The notes: a model not told the origin generated them from the letters alone. Shown: positions 20,601 to 28,144, counted from the stretch's first letter. The stretch: DNA of 36,642 bases from a bacterium (GCA_040757115.1 JBFLYA010000008.1:1-36642); one strand, 5' to 3'. Numbers and translations: made by a program.

Positions 20601-21672
20601 TTTTTAACTGAAACCTTGGATTGCTAATATCGCCAACATTCTCAAAAGGAATTAATATTCCATCTTCCCCCCCATTAATCATATCAAAATCTCCATCGCC
20701 ATCAAGGTCGGCAAAGGCTATTGTTGCAACTGCGCTATCGCCTGGAGGAGAGTATTCTTCTGGAGGTTGTCCAAACAACCCCCACAATATATAAGACCGC
20801 ATTCCCCAGTTGGGAGATAATATTCCTGTGTTTTTATAAAGATATATATTTCCCCACTCGTTGAATGTAAAGACAAGAAAAGGGTTTTTGGTGTTTTCCA
20901 GGTCAACGAGTTCTACGTTTAAATCCCATCCATTTCCTATTAATTCAGACAACATAGGAGGGGGATTCCATTCAGGCTTTGGAATAAATTTGTTATCTTT
21001 GTTTTCATATGAAAGGAGTCTTACATCAACAAAATTACCTGTATTTGTTCCTTGCTCTATATAACAGATTATAAGGTCAGGGTAATTATCAGAATTTAAA
21101 TCGCCCAATTCACAGGCAAATTCAAAACCTTGATTATGAAAATCCTTGACATCCCATTCTAGCTTCCTTTCCCATTCCCAATTTCCCTTTCCTTTATAAC
21201 CATGGATTTCACTTACATTATAAACTACCAATAAATCCAGTATTCCATCTTTATCAATATCACCAAGACTACAACTTCCATCAGTTAAAAAAGGAAATTC
21301 CCCTCTTTTTTTAAATAATGGGCTATATTTTGTCCCTTTGTTTTCTAAGAGAATAATCTTTTTTGTAGCTTTATCGCCTACTAAAAGGTCAATGTCTCCA
21401 TCATTATCTATATCACCAAATTCTGGTTCAAGAAAGAGTAACCCCGACATCTCGCTGGGCAGGGGTGCCCAGGTATCTACAGGCTCAAACAGGGGATATT
21501 GGGAGGAGAGCTTAAGGGATTTAGGGCTTCTTACCCACTTGCAGCCGGGGATGTCAGAGGTGGTAACCTGGGTAAGGCTTCCATCCATAAAATAATTATC
21601 CCTGAATTCAGAGGCATTGCAATATGCAATAGCCAATAAGCAATAGCCAATAGTTAATAAATGCTTAATCAT
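14665..21672 (-). CDS. Giant secreted protein (about 2335 aa): FG-GAP/VCBS-like repeats, DUF11-like and multiple Ig-like repeats, T9SS/FlgD-like C-terminal domain
   Basis: Signal peptide from MIKHLL. About ten DxDxDGDxD motifs. Repeated F..I..Q.AG..F...I.A.D...N units. C-terminal VVYPNPFKP...IRIYDISG.LV...WD...SGVYIY. Start reassigned to ATG 21672 because the upstream GTG overlaps the promoter. Confidence 0.85.
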   Translation of the reverse strand: MIKHLLTIGYCLLAIAYCNASEFRDNYFMDGSLTQVTTSDIPGCKWVRSPKSLKLSSQYPLFEPVDTWAPLPSEMSGLLFLEPEFGDIDNDGDIDLLVGDKATKKIILLENKGTKYSPLFKKRGEFPFLTDGSCSLGDIDKDGILDLLVVYNVSEIHGYKGKGNWEWERKLEWDVKDFHNQGFEFACELGDLNSDNYPDLIICYIEQGTNTGNFVDVRLLSYENKDNKFIPKPEWNPPPMLSELIGNGWDLNVELVDLENTKNPFLVFTFNEWGNIYLYKNTGILSPNWGMRSYILWGLFGQPPEEYSPPGDSAVATIAFADLDGDGDFDMINGGEDGILIPFENVGDISNPRFQLKSYQPLDGFHIMGGITFADLNGDGDYEEIHSEGAGSCNKPRIYIAQNTGTPEIPYFPRKHYSIVLENEQNGYNGMEITPTVADLNGDGKPDLLVATYKTGKGENVGAFRNISTQTTKFSYNPQWNITAEYLISEGLDDFDTSSPAPFLLDLDNDKDYDLLLPTWRIFVILENIGSITSPIWKRNKTWEESTGFKDINPLGYIPKLTAMDLNGDNNDDIVFHGTIYPTKVYLKLRTSTPPSFERAPEAYEKMFDTITHPYYQLSGVDLDNDGDYDLVTGYKNSGPFISGINKGPYHPLGTYTSSIFDAGSSVIFENIFWKERKPFSTELSMYVRSGNSTQTLSSWRKVSNGESLNLNARFIQYQAILSTSDLEYTPTLYEVNIPYRTSNQPFIDANPDKAYPEGTINVTGQWFANNETVRLYLGTLSVATTTSSPNGTINVEFALPSLPAGLYPLNAKGNITATATTYITILPLSAITGRVREENFAPIVGADVFLDGFATKTDKYGKFSFTNLPVATYTLTVSATRTIFTPPSFFFPSLNCSHDVEFVGEIQRAFITLLKVGTETIDPGATLTYTLSFINDGDLPLSGAYVIDTIEDNLGTPSISLITIGTVTYCPEIRTLVWTIGSLTIKECGTMSFSSRVSIFKREGTITNIAFLYNNEAATSTASCTTRVIPPPPPIIRINPGSGSVTKIVTIVGENFKDESLVRIDFGKTRTIATAIPGSEGTFSTTFTVTDESFGTITITATGLLLNLTATTTFFILSPEYFLFGTIPSPQIAGIPFTIKITAYDIHGDIVRNFRASATLSDTSNTIFPTTTTNFTGGIWDGTVTITRAGTSSISAGYQSKTGTSNPFYVLPGEPVKFIVYPENPVYILAGGSVSITAQLIDVYGNAVGSAGISCNLEVVMLSGKPGTLSATTSTTTNTGQIDTITYWVSPNANDKVRIKLLSTLPPATSGTITTSSGELAMFTFDTIATQTAGMNFPIKITARDAYENPIPFTRTVTLIDLSNSLKPTQTTSFINGMWDGFGSITVRGTTSITVIYGDIRGTSNPFWVCGGEVEYFVISTITTQTAGISFPLSIKAYDRWRNIADMFNSSAALTDTSRTISPTKTTNFSLGIWDGTVSITRAGTTAIMASYQGKTGTSNPFFITPSSLDHFLIGTITNQTAGIDFPVVITAKDTYNNTVTSFTDKVELKDTSLTLKPKISDSFSAGIWQGVGSITKAGTTTIYATAQGRTGTSSPFFVNPANLHHFSFLPIPDQIAGIPFKITIIAQDAYQNTVTTYTGTNTLSDTTGSIQPTITSGFVAGELRDFPVTISVAQDPVIVRTEKGGIAGTSNAFGITPGNLDHFWFEAILSPQIAGVEFFITIKAMDKDNNIIFDFSDKVGLNDASQTIFPTSTTAFISGIWQGNVKMTKAGTTSILADYAGKYGNSNVFKVIPGQVAYIEIQPGSVTLMPDERQTFMAKGYDDYGNEKEVGNGKWEVGSEIGTLTNAIGSKTTFVAGTKSGKGTLTCKVNEIIGRASITIIPGTLADINIEPADAIIEVDGSCTFTSRGYDRYGNEKDIGGGNWEVGSEIGELTDVSGTKTTFVAGTKSGKGILTCRVFVPLGRGIKGEERNNEPRVPSPEPRFSEEIIGTASITVRSGRAGRFEFSPISHQIINTKFGIKVTALDRYGNLASDYNQTGSLTTNFGQIKPAAITFYNGIAIGTVTIETNRAAPDVNITIRIETIESQSNDFAVLYDDASNVKVEDGDLKIDIKSHSVSKDYYLKIDKPALDEDEIKIANLRMNHYNPGFCLLTDTIIRIVAKDGDKKPIEGDFGTQATRLIIYYHQPPKNVAEERLKLYILDEESIESRWVEVTNAQVLVGSNFIYGDVPHFGTFILIGEGIPAGFDGVVVYPNPFKPGRGDENIVFEGLPENTQIRIYDISGSLVKDEEGKRATWIWDVRDNYGKKIDSGVYIYVLTTDDGKKKTGKIAIIR
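15712..15792 (-). repeat. 81-bp in-frame insertion related to intergenic family D, inside the giant gene
   Basis: The paralogous repeat reads TCKVNEIIG, this one TCRV[FVPLGRGIKGEERNNEPRVPSPEPRFS]EEIIG. The reverse complement of the insert resembles 35339-35436. Confidence 0.85.
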
Positions 21673-21680
21673 TCTACTTA

Positions 21681-21709
21681 AGAATAACACCTAATTACTT
21701 AAATTTCAA
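21681..21709 (-). promoter_or_regulatory. Sigma70-type promoter for the giant secreted protein gene
   Basis: Minus strand TTGAAA-17 bp-TATTCT with TGn extension, 8 nt before ATG 21672. Confidence 0.6.
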
Positions 21710-21720
21710 GTAAAAATTTA

Positions 21721-21749
21721 TTGACAAAGATAGAAGTTTAGTATATACT
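21721..21749 (+). promoter_or_regulatory. Sigma70-type promoter for the PD-(D/E)XK gene
   Basis: TTGACA-17 bp-TATACT, 5 nt before ATG 21755, no SD. Confidence 0.75.
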
Positions 21750-21754
21750 CATAG

Positions 21755-22732
21755 ATGATGAAGAAGAAATGGCATCCGTATTTCTCAAATGTATTAAAAC
21801 ATCTACTCGAACCTAAAGGCTTTACGGTTGAAACAGAGGTTGAGGTTGGCAAAATGCCATTAAGAATAGATATTGTGGTCATTAAAAAGGGCAAGGATGC
21901 GGATGTTAAATCTTTACCTCTTGTATTCCAATCATTTACTGATTATAATGTTATTGAATATAAATCACCTGGGGATAGATTCACCCGGAATGATTTTGAC
22001 CGATTATTTGCTTATGTGCTATTATTTAAGATAAAAAAGAATATAGAATGGCGAAGACAAATAAATGTTTATGCACTTTTAAGCGGTGGTATAAAGGGGA
22101 TAGAGGATTATATTCGTGGTAATGGGCATAAACTGGCAAAGATAAAGGAAGGGCTTTATTTTGCGGATTTTGGGTTTAATTTTTATTTAATCCAGCTGGA
22201 TAGGTTAGAGGTGACTCCTGAAAACTATGGACTAATTCTTTTTACTTCAGGAGAATCCATTAGGGAATTAGCCAGGGGAATAGGTAGTAAAAGGGAAGAT
22301 ATATTAGAGGTAGAGTTAGTAGAGTTAATAGAAACAGGGTTGTATCTACATCCTGATGAATTTAAGGAGGAGGTGAAATTGATGCCACAGACATTAGCCG
22401 ATAGACCAGATATAATGAGAGAGCTTGTCGATATAGTAGGGATTGACAAATTTGTGCAAGGGATTGGAGAGGAGAAGGTAATTCGTAGCATTGGGGAAAA
22501 GAAGGTAATTCGCAGCATTGGGGAGAAAGAGGTAATTCGCAGCATTGGGGAGAAAGAGGTAATTCGCAGCATTGGGGAAAAAGAGGTAATTCGTAGCATT
22601 GGGGAAAAAGAGGTAATTCGCAGCATTGGGGAAAAAGAGGTAATCCGTACCATTGGGGAAGAGAATTTATTGAAAGATCTTATACATCTCCTTGGCAAAG
22701 AGAAGATAAAAAAGATGTTGAAGGAAAATTAA
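21755..22732 (+). CDS. PD-(D/E)XK nuclease-like (Rpn-like) protein with a C-terminal 9-aa tandem repeat
   Basis: WHPYF..., EVEVGKMPLRIDIVVIKK and NVIEYKSPGD give the D...ExK catalytic pattern. C-terminus has (IGEKEVIRS)x7. Confidence 0.7.
   Translation: MMKKKWHPYFSNVLKHLLEPKGFTVETEVEVGKMPLRIDIVVIKKGKDADVKSLPLVFQSFTDYNVIEYKSPGDRFTRNDFDRLFAYVLLFKIKKNIEWRRQINVYALLSGGIKGIEDYIRGNGHKLAKIKEGLYFADFGFNFYLIQLDRLEVTPENYGLILFTSGESIRELARGIGSKREDILEVELVELIETGLYLHPDEFKEEVKLMPQTLADRPDIMRELVDIVGIDKFVQGIGEEKVIRSIGEKKVIRSIGEKEVIRSIGEKEVIRSIGEKEVIRSIGEKEVIRSIGEKEVIRTIGEENLLKDLIHLLGKEKIKKMLKEN
22463..22663 (+). repeat. 27-bp coding tandem repeat, 7 full units plus a partial unit
   Basis: ATTGGGGA(A/G)AAAGAGGTAATTCG(C/T)AGC repeated head to tail with no spacers. 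Confidence 0.95.
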
Positions 22733-22740
22733 GAAAATTA

Positions 22741-22917
22741 GTAACTATTCAGCCACTGATTAACACGGATTAGCACGGATGAATAGCAGAGGGCAGAAGG
22801 CAGAGGGCAGAGGACAACAGGAGAAAAACCCTTCAGCCTGATTACGGACACGGATACCGGACACGATTCAGGAATTTTCAGTGTTTCATCCGTGTTCATC
22901 TGTGGCTGAATAATTAC
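22741..22917 (-). mobile_element. Family A MITE copy 3 (177 bp); its end contains the proC stop codon
   Basis: Near-identical reverse complement of 229-426 with 4 instead of 7 heptamers (198-21=177). No target duplication. Confidence 0.92.
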
Positions 22918-23735
22918 TCTAATCTTAATTCTTTTGCCCGATTATTTGCGGCGGTGACTGCCTGGATAAATGCCGAGCGGATTCCTTTTTCTTCTAAGAC
23001 ATTTAGTGCAGAAATGGTTGCTCCACCTGGTGAAGTAACCTTATCTCGTAAAACCGCTGGATGTTCAGAAGTCTGTTTGAGCATTTTAATTGCTCCTTCT
23101 ATCGTTTCAATCGTTAAGGTTAAAGATGTATCTCGCGGTAGTCCTACCGATACGCCTGCATCGGTCAAGACCTCAACGATAGTAAAGAGATATGCAGGAC
23201 CACAGCCCGATAATGCTGTAACCGCCTCCATTAAAACCTCTTTGACGACCACGACCTTTCCTACCGCTTCAAATATGGCTTTGACTAACTCCAAATCCTG
23301 CGTATCTGCATACCTTCCTTTACAAATACCCGCCATACCCTGCCCGACTAAAACTGGTGTATTTGGCATCACACGGATTACTGAAATCTCTATATTAAAT
23401 TTAGATTCAATAAATTTTGTGGTAATCCCCGCGGCGATAGAAATAATCTTTTGCTCGGGTTTTATAATCTCGGAGATTTCAACCAAAACCTCCGGCATTA
23501 TCTGAGGTTTAATTGATAAGATAATAATATCTGCCCATCTGATACCTTCTTTATTATCACTTGTTCCGTTTATACCTAACTCTTCTTTAAAAAATTCAAG
23601 TTGTTTTAAGTTAACATCACAGACCAGGAGATTATTCTTTTCAATTAAATCTATCTTTAATATTCCTCTGATTAATGCTTCAGCCATATTCCCGGCGCCA
23701 ATAAAAACTAATTTCTTCCCTTTTAACAACTCCAT
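22914..23735 (-). CDS. proC: Pyrroline-5-carboxylate reductase
   Basis: FIGAGNMAEAL, SIKPQ, ISIAAGI, RVMPNTP, TALSGCGPAY, VTSPGGATI. Confidence 0.97.
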   Translation of the reverse strand: MELLKGKKLVFIGAGNMAEALIRGILKIDLIEKNNLLVCDVNLKQLEFFKEELGINGTSDNKEGIRWADIIILSIKPQIMPEVLVEISEIIKPEQKIISIAAGITTKFIESKFNIEISVIRVMPNTPVLVGQGMAGICKGRYADTQDLELVKAIFEAVGKVVVVKEVLMEAVTALSGCGPAYLFTIVEVLTDAGVSVGLPRDTSLTLTIETIEGAIKMLKQTSEHPAVLRDKVTSPGGATISALNVLEEKGIRSAFIQAVTAANNRAKELRLE

Positions 23736-23744
23736 AACTTTCCC

Positions 23745-26390
23745 CTAATTTATAATGGCAATCTTTCCTATTGCCTTTTCACCGCTACCCTCAATGACAT
23801 AAATATAAACGCCACTGGCTAAAGTCTGTCCGTGATTATTTGTTCCATTCCAGAAGACATAACCACTTGTGGCTAAATACTCCTTTTCATAAACTAATTC
23901 TCCAGTAATTTTATATATTCTTATTTTTACCGCATCTGCTAATCCGTCAAAGGTAATTTTATCATGACCTTTAGATGGCTTGAACGGATTGGGATATACC
24001 CTGACATTACTTAAAGAAACCGCAGGAGATGATGGTAACGCCACGATAAATGTTGATAAAGTTGTAATGGTTGCCTGGATTATATTTTCATCCAGACGGA
24101 CAATCTGATTTTCCGGCGGAAGCATCTCCCAATAATTATTATTTAAACGATAAATTTTAAGTTGCATCTCCTCATCTGATGAGAATCCTGCCTCTGGATA
24201 GGTGATAAAAATAGTTAAGGTTGCGGTAGGCATCACTTCTTCATTATTTGAATTTATGGCTAAAAGTTGCCATGCAGAACTAATTGATTTTTTGATTTTA
24301 GGAGTTGCCTGATTAAAATTAGTCACTGGTAAGATAGGAAATATGGTAAGGGTAAAAGTAGTGGTCCCGTCAAAGGCGTTTGCCGACACATCTACTTGTA
24401 TTTTTTCAGTCCCTGTGCCATAACTTACCGCCGAAGGTAGAGTAAAATACCTACTTACTACCCTTATTCCATCTGTTGTTGACCAGCTTCCGTAAATATC
24501 CGCTCCATTTTTCGCCCTTACTCGGTAATAATAAATACTTCCATATTGTCTTGCGGTGATATAATAATAAGTTTGGATAATATTATCAGAAATAGTGCCC
24601 CACTCTCCGGAATCTTTTCTTTCTTGAAGTTCGTAGCCGGCAATCCCTGATTCTGTATCCGTAGCAAAAGACCAACTAACTAAATAATTTCCCGTAGAGG
24701 TAACATCAAGGTCAATACTCACATATCCCTCTGTAATTGTTCCAATAGCAGAAGGAGGAGTCTCATCTTGAATCACTGTGGCAGTTGCTTGAACCGTTGT
24801 TGTTGCCAGAGAATAATAAATCCCATCGTAGCTAAAGGCAGTGTAATAATATATTTGACCATTAATGATATTTTTTGTATCCACCGTAGAAGTGCCTTGA
24901 CCTTGATAAATTTGGTCTCCATCTTCTGAATTTTGCGGGAAATAATAAAGATTCCTGATTATCTTGACTTCCTTAAAATCCTCATCTGCTGGGTTAATCC
25001 AATTTAATACAATTTTTTTAAACTCACCTTTTGCGGTGAAACTGCCAACGAGTCCTGGCAGAGTTGTATCTGTCGCCACTGCCTCGCTAAATACTGGCGA
25101 TGAATAATTTGCCCCACCATCTGAGGTAAAAGCAGTATAATAACAGGTCGTTCCTGGTGTAAGTAAGGTTTCGGTATAATTGGTCAATGTCCCGCGGTAA
25201 ATTTGTGTTCCTTCTTTCGGCGTAGTCGCATAGGTACCTGTATTTTTTCTAATAATAACTTCTGTAACCCGATTATCAACAGGGAATATCCAGTTTAAAG
25301 TCATCTGACGATTATTCCCCGGGGTAGCAGTAAAATTACTTACCTCAGTTAAAGTCGCCTCTGGATAACCTACGACATAAGTAGATAAACTACCTATTCT
25401 TACCGTAACTAAATTTTCATTGGGAATAACTGTTTGTGTCCCCGCCACCATCTGCCATAAGCCATCAACATATCGATAAATCCGATAATCAGACTCTGTG
25501 CCTGCATTTATTGGAGAATATGAGAAGATAACCAATAAAGATTTGGTAGGTTGAACCTCTATCAGCGTCCCAGAATTAAACGCTAAAAGCTCATAACACT
25601 GACTTAAAAATTGACTCATCAGAGGTGTCGAGGAAGCAAAATTAGCCGGTGGCAAAACCTGACTAATCGTAAAAGTAACAGACCCAATAAAGGCATCTGC
25701 CGCAACATCAATTGTTATCTGACCATAATTAATACTGCTGGTTGCGGGAATCTCTACAGCCTTATTTACTATCCTTATCCCATCTGATGTCGAAGAATAG
25801 GAACTCCATAATTCCGCTTCATTTTTGGCAGAAACTCGATAATAATAGACATTACCAACAATTTTACCCGTGACACCATAACTAAGTTGAGAAGTATAGC
25901 CAATTGTGCCCCAGGTTCCACCTGTCCCTATTCTTTCCTGAACCGCATATTGAATTATATCAGAATCATCATCTTGAGCCGTAGTCCAATAAATTGTATA
26001 TGAGCCAATCGTATTAATATCTTTATCAGGAAAATCTTCGGTTACCGTCCCCGGAGGAGATGGTGGAGAAATATCTCTCTGTGGCGTAGCACTCGCACAA
26101 CTAAAACTACCTGCACAATCAAATGCAGTATAATAATAAGTAACCTCATTGAATAGCTTGTCATCAATAAAAGTCGTTGCCGTCCCACTATAGACAGGAA
26201 TTCCCTCGCTTATTGTTCCCGGATAACCATTTGTATCCCGGACAAGTGTTATCACATCCAAATCATTATTTATCCAGGTCAATACTATCTTTTGATGCTT
26301 AGGGGTAGCAGTAAGGCTACCAATATCCGCTTTTGCCAATGTTGTGAAAAATAATGTGAGTAGCAAACAAACTATTGTTCTCTTCATCAT
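23745..26390 (-). CDS. Secreted fibronectin type III repeat protein with T9SS/FlgD-like C-terminal domain (about 881 aa)
   Basis: Signal peptide MMKRTIVCLLL...AKA. Repeated W...YYYTAF and YYYRV.AKN FN3 units. C-terminal VRVYPNPFKP...WNGTN..G..LASGVYIY. Start reassigned to ATG 26390. Confidence 0.85.
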   Translation of the reverse strand: MMKRTIVCLLLTLFFTTLAKADIGSLTATPKHQKIVLTWINNDLDVITLVRDTNGYPGTISEGIPVYSGTATTFIDDKLFNEVTYYYTAFDCAGSFSCASATPQRDISPPSPPGTVTEDFPDKDINTIGSYTIYWTTAQDDDSDIIQYAVQERIGTGGTWGTIGYTSQLSYGVTGKIVGNVYYYRVSAKNEAELWSSYSSTSDGIRIVNKAVEIPATSSINYGQITIDVAADAFIGSVTFTISQVLPPANFASSTPLMSQFLSQCYELLAFNSGTLIEVQPTKSLLVIFSYSPINAGTESDYRIYRYVDGLWQMVAGTQTVIPNENLVTVRIGSLSTYVVGYPEATLTEVSNFTATPGNNRQMTLNWIFPVDNRVTEVIIRKNTGTYATTPKEGTQIYRGTLTNYTETLLTPGTTCYYTAFTSDGGANYSSPVFSEAVATDTTLPGLVGSFTAKGEFKKIVLNWINPADEDFKEVKIIRNLYYFPQNSEDGDQIYQGQGTSTVDTKNIINGQIYYYTAFSYDGIYYSLATTTVQATATVIQDETPPSAIGTITEGYVSIDLDVTSTGNYLVSWSFATDTESGIAGYELQERKDSGEWGTISDNIIQTYYYITARQYGSIYYYRVRAKNGADIYGSWSTTDGIRVVSRYFTLPSAVSYGTGTEKIQVDVSANAFDGTTTFTLTIFPILPVTNFNQATPKIKKSISSAWQLLAINSNNEEVMPTATLTIFITYPEAGFSSDEEMQLKIYRLNNNYWEMLPPENQIVRLDENIIQATITTLSTFIVALPSSPAVSLSNVRVYPNPFKPSKGHDKITFDGLADAVKIRIYKITGELVYEKEYLATSGYVFWNGTNNHGQTLASGVYIYVIEGSGEKAIGKIAIIN

Positions 26391-26397
26391 ATTTTTA

Positions 26398-26426
26398 ATA
26401 ATACCATAAGACTTTATAAAAGTCAA
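26398..26426 (-). promoter_or_regulatory. Sigma70-type promoter for the FN3 gene (and probably proC)
   Basis: Minus strand TTGACT-17 bp-TATTAT with TGn extension, 7 nt before ATG. Confidence 0.65.
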
Positions 26427-26592
26427 CACAAAGTTTTACCTGAACTGGATATATTTTTCTTTTCTCCTTCAGGGACATAGACTTGTTAGTGCTTATATAT
26501 TTTACTTTTTCAAAAGTGATGTTTTGTCATCATCTAAAAATTTTGTGTGATAAGGGGTTAGAAATTATTTAAAAAAAAATTAAAAAAAATAG

Positions 26593-26645
26593 TTGACAAC
26601 TCTATATCTTGTATTATAAACTATCTGCAATTCAATATATAGATA
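26593..26645 (+). promoter_or_regulatory. nrdR promoter overlapped by two tandem NrdR boxes
   Basis: TTGACA at 26593. Box 1 ACTCTATATCTTGTAT (26599-26614) and box 2 ATTCAATATATAGATA (26630-26645) match acaCwAtATaTwGtgt (13/16 and 11/16) and are 31 bp apart. Confidence 0.75.
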
Positions 26646-26669
26646 TGAAAAAGACAGGGAAAGAGAACC

Positions 26670-26794
26670 AATGAGAAAGTGGGAAAGGGAGAAAGTGAGA
26701 AAGAGGGGAACTAATTTTCTCACCTACTCACTTTCTCCCCTTTCCACTTTCCCGGCTGTGCCTGTTGTTTCACTTCAGATGGTTAAATAGTTAC
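26670..26794. repeat. Purine/pyrimidine-arm hairpin repeat with a degenerate family A end in the nrdR leader
   Basis: GAGAAAGTGGGAAAGGGAGAAAGTGAG versus CTCACTTTCTCCCCTTTCCACTTTC. GGTTAAATAGTTAC at 26781-26794 differs at 2 positions from GGCTGAATAGTTAC. Confidence 0.55.
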
Positions 26795-26824
26795 TTTCTT
26801 TCTAATTATGGAGAGGGAAGTAGG

Positions 26825-27289
26825 ATGAAATGTCCATTTTGCAATCAATTAGAGGATAAAGTTGTTGACTCAAGAGAAGTAGGGGAAGGCACAATTATCC
26901 GCCGAAGAAGAGAATGCTTAAATTGTGGCAAAAGATTCACTACTTATGAGCAACTACGCGAGAAGATACCTTTTATGGTGATAAAAAGAGATGGACGAGA
27001 AGAACCATTTGACCGCGAAAAGATAATTGCCGGCATTATGAAGGCATGTGAAAAAACCTCAATAGATACTGAAACAGCGGAAAGTATAATTGATGAAATT
27101 GAAAGTATTCTCAAGGATAAAGAGGAGAAAGTGATTAAGAGTCAAGAGTTAGGTGAGTTAATAATGGAGAGACTTCATTCCTTAGATGAGGTTGCATATT
27201 TAAGGTTTGCCTCTGTTTATAAACAGTTTAAGGATGCCGGGTCATTTACAGAGGAGATAAAAGAAAGTTTTGGTGGAGAAAAAAGGTAA
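26825..27289 (+). CDS. nrdR: Transcriptional repressor NrdR
   Basis: [32 protein letters not shown]-cone [29 protein letters not shown]. True start ATG 26825. Confidence 0.97.
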   Translation: MKCPFCNQLEDKVVDSREVGEGTIIRRRRECLNCGKRFTTYEQLREKIPFMVIKRDGREEPFDREKIIAGIMKACEKTSIDTETAESIIDEIESILKDKEEKVIKSQELGELIMERLHSLDEVAYLRFASVYKQFKDAGSFTEEIKESFGGEKR

Positions 27290-27292
27290 ATT

Positions 27293-28078
27293 ATGTCTTT
27301 AGTCGTTTCTGTTCGAGTACCAGATGGAATTATTTTAGCCGCAGATAGTTTAATGACATTTCATACTCAGGCAGTTCCAAAAGAGGAGTTTGTCAAATGT
27401 CCTAAATGTGAAGCGAAAATACCACATTCTCTTGTTTCACCACCCCCACCAGTTTTGTCGCCAGGCTCATCAAATACGCAGAAATTATTCTGTATAAAGA
27501 AAAGAAATGTGGGAATAGCCGTATTTGGTATACCTTTTTTAAGCGGCAGAACGATAGAAAGCCACTTAAGAGATGTGGAGAAAAGAGTCTTTGAAAATGA
27601 AACAGTTGAGCGTGTAGCGGTAAAAGTAGAAGAATATTTCAAAGCAGAGTTGAATAAAGAGGTAGGTAATTTAGAAAACATCCCGGAGCGACAATTCCCA
27701 TTGGGTTTCCAGGTTGCCGGGTATGATGAACAAGACCCATACATAGGCAAAACATTCTCTGTTGAAATAGGTAGAACTTCAAGAATAGAACCTTTACATA
27801 CTAAAGGTTACGGATGCTCAATAAGTGGTGACCAGCGAGTAATTTTAAAACTATGGAAAGAAGACCCCAATATACCTTTACCAATGCCACCATTTCAACT
27901 TCTACCTTTACAGGATGCGATTGATTATGCCTTATTTCTCATTGAGACAACAATTGAATTTCAGAGATTTACACCAATGACTCCTACCTGCGGAGGAAAT
28001 ATTGATGTGGCAGTGATTACTCACCAGACAGGATTTCAATGGATTAAAAGAAAGGAATTAATAATAAAAGAACATTAG
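27293..28078 (+). CDS. Hypothetical protein, probable Ntn-hydrolase / proteasome-subunit-like fold
   Basis: N-terminal MSLVVSVRVPDGIILAADS, FQVAGYD and C-terminal CGGNIDVAVIT resemble proteasome beta-type motifs. CPKC plus proline-rich insert. Confidence 0.55.
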   Translation: MSLVVSVRVPDGIILAADSLMTFHTQAVPKEEFVKCPKCEAKIPHSLVSPPPPVLSPGSSNTQKLFCIKKRNVGIAVFGIPFLSGRTIESHLRDVEKRVFENETVERVAVKVEEYFKAELNKEVGNLENIPERQFPLGFQVAGYDEQDPYIGKTFSVEIGRTSRIEPLHTKGYGCSISGDQRVILKLWKEDPNIPLPMPPFQLLPLQDAIDYALFLIETTIEFQRFTPMTPTCGGNIDVAVITHQTGFQWIKRKELIIKEH

Positions 28079-28108
28079 TAGGTGTAGGAGGGGAGGGGGA
28101 TATTTTTT

Positions 28109-28144
28109 AAAGCCTGTAGCCATTTAATGGCTACAGGCTTTTTT
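28109..28144 (+). terminator. Rho-independent terminator after the nrdR unit
   Basis: AAGCCTGTAGCCAT-TTA-ATGGCTACAGGCTT followed by a T run. Confidence 0.8.

Noticed and set aside
22463-22663. 27-bp repeats as a CRISPR array
   Set aside because: Head-to-tail with no spacers, in frame within a CDS, with mostly synonymous variation and no cas genes.
22225-23505. Antisense ORFs 22225-22698 and 22954-23505 (and other short ORFs opposite known genes)
   Set aside because: Shadow frames of well-supported genes or of the tandem repeat, with no independent motifs.
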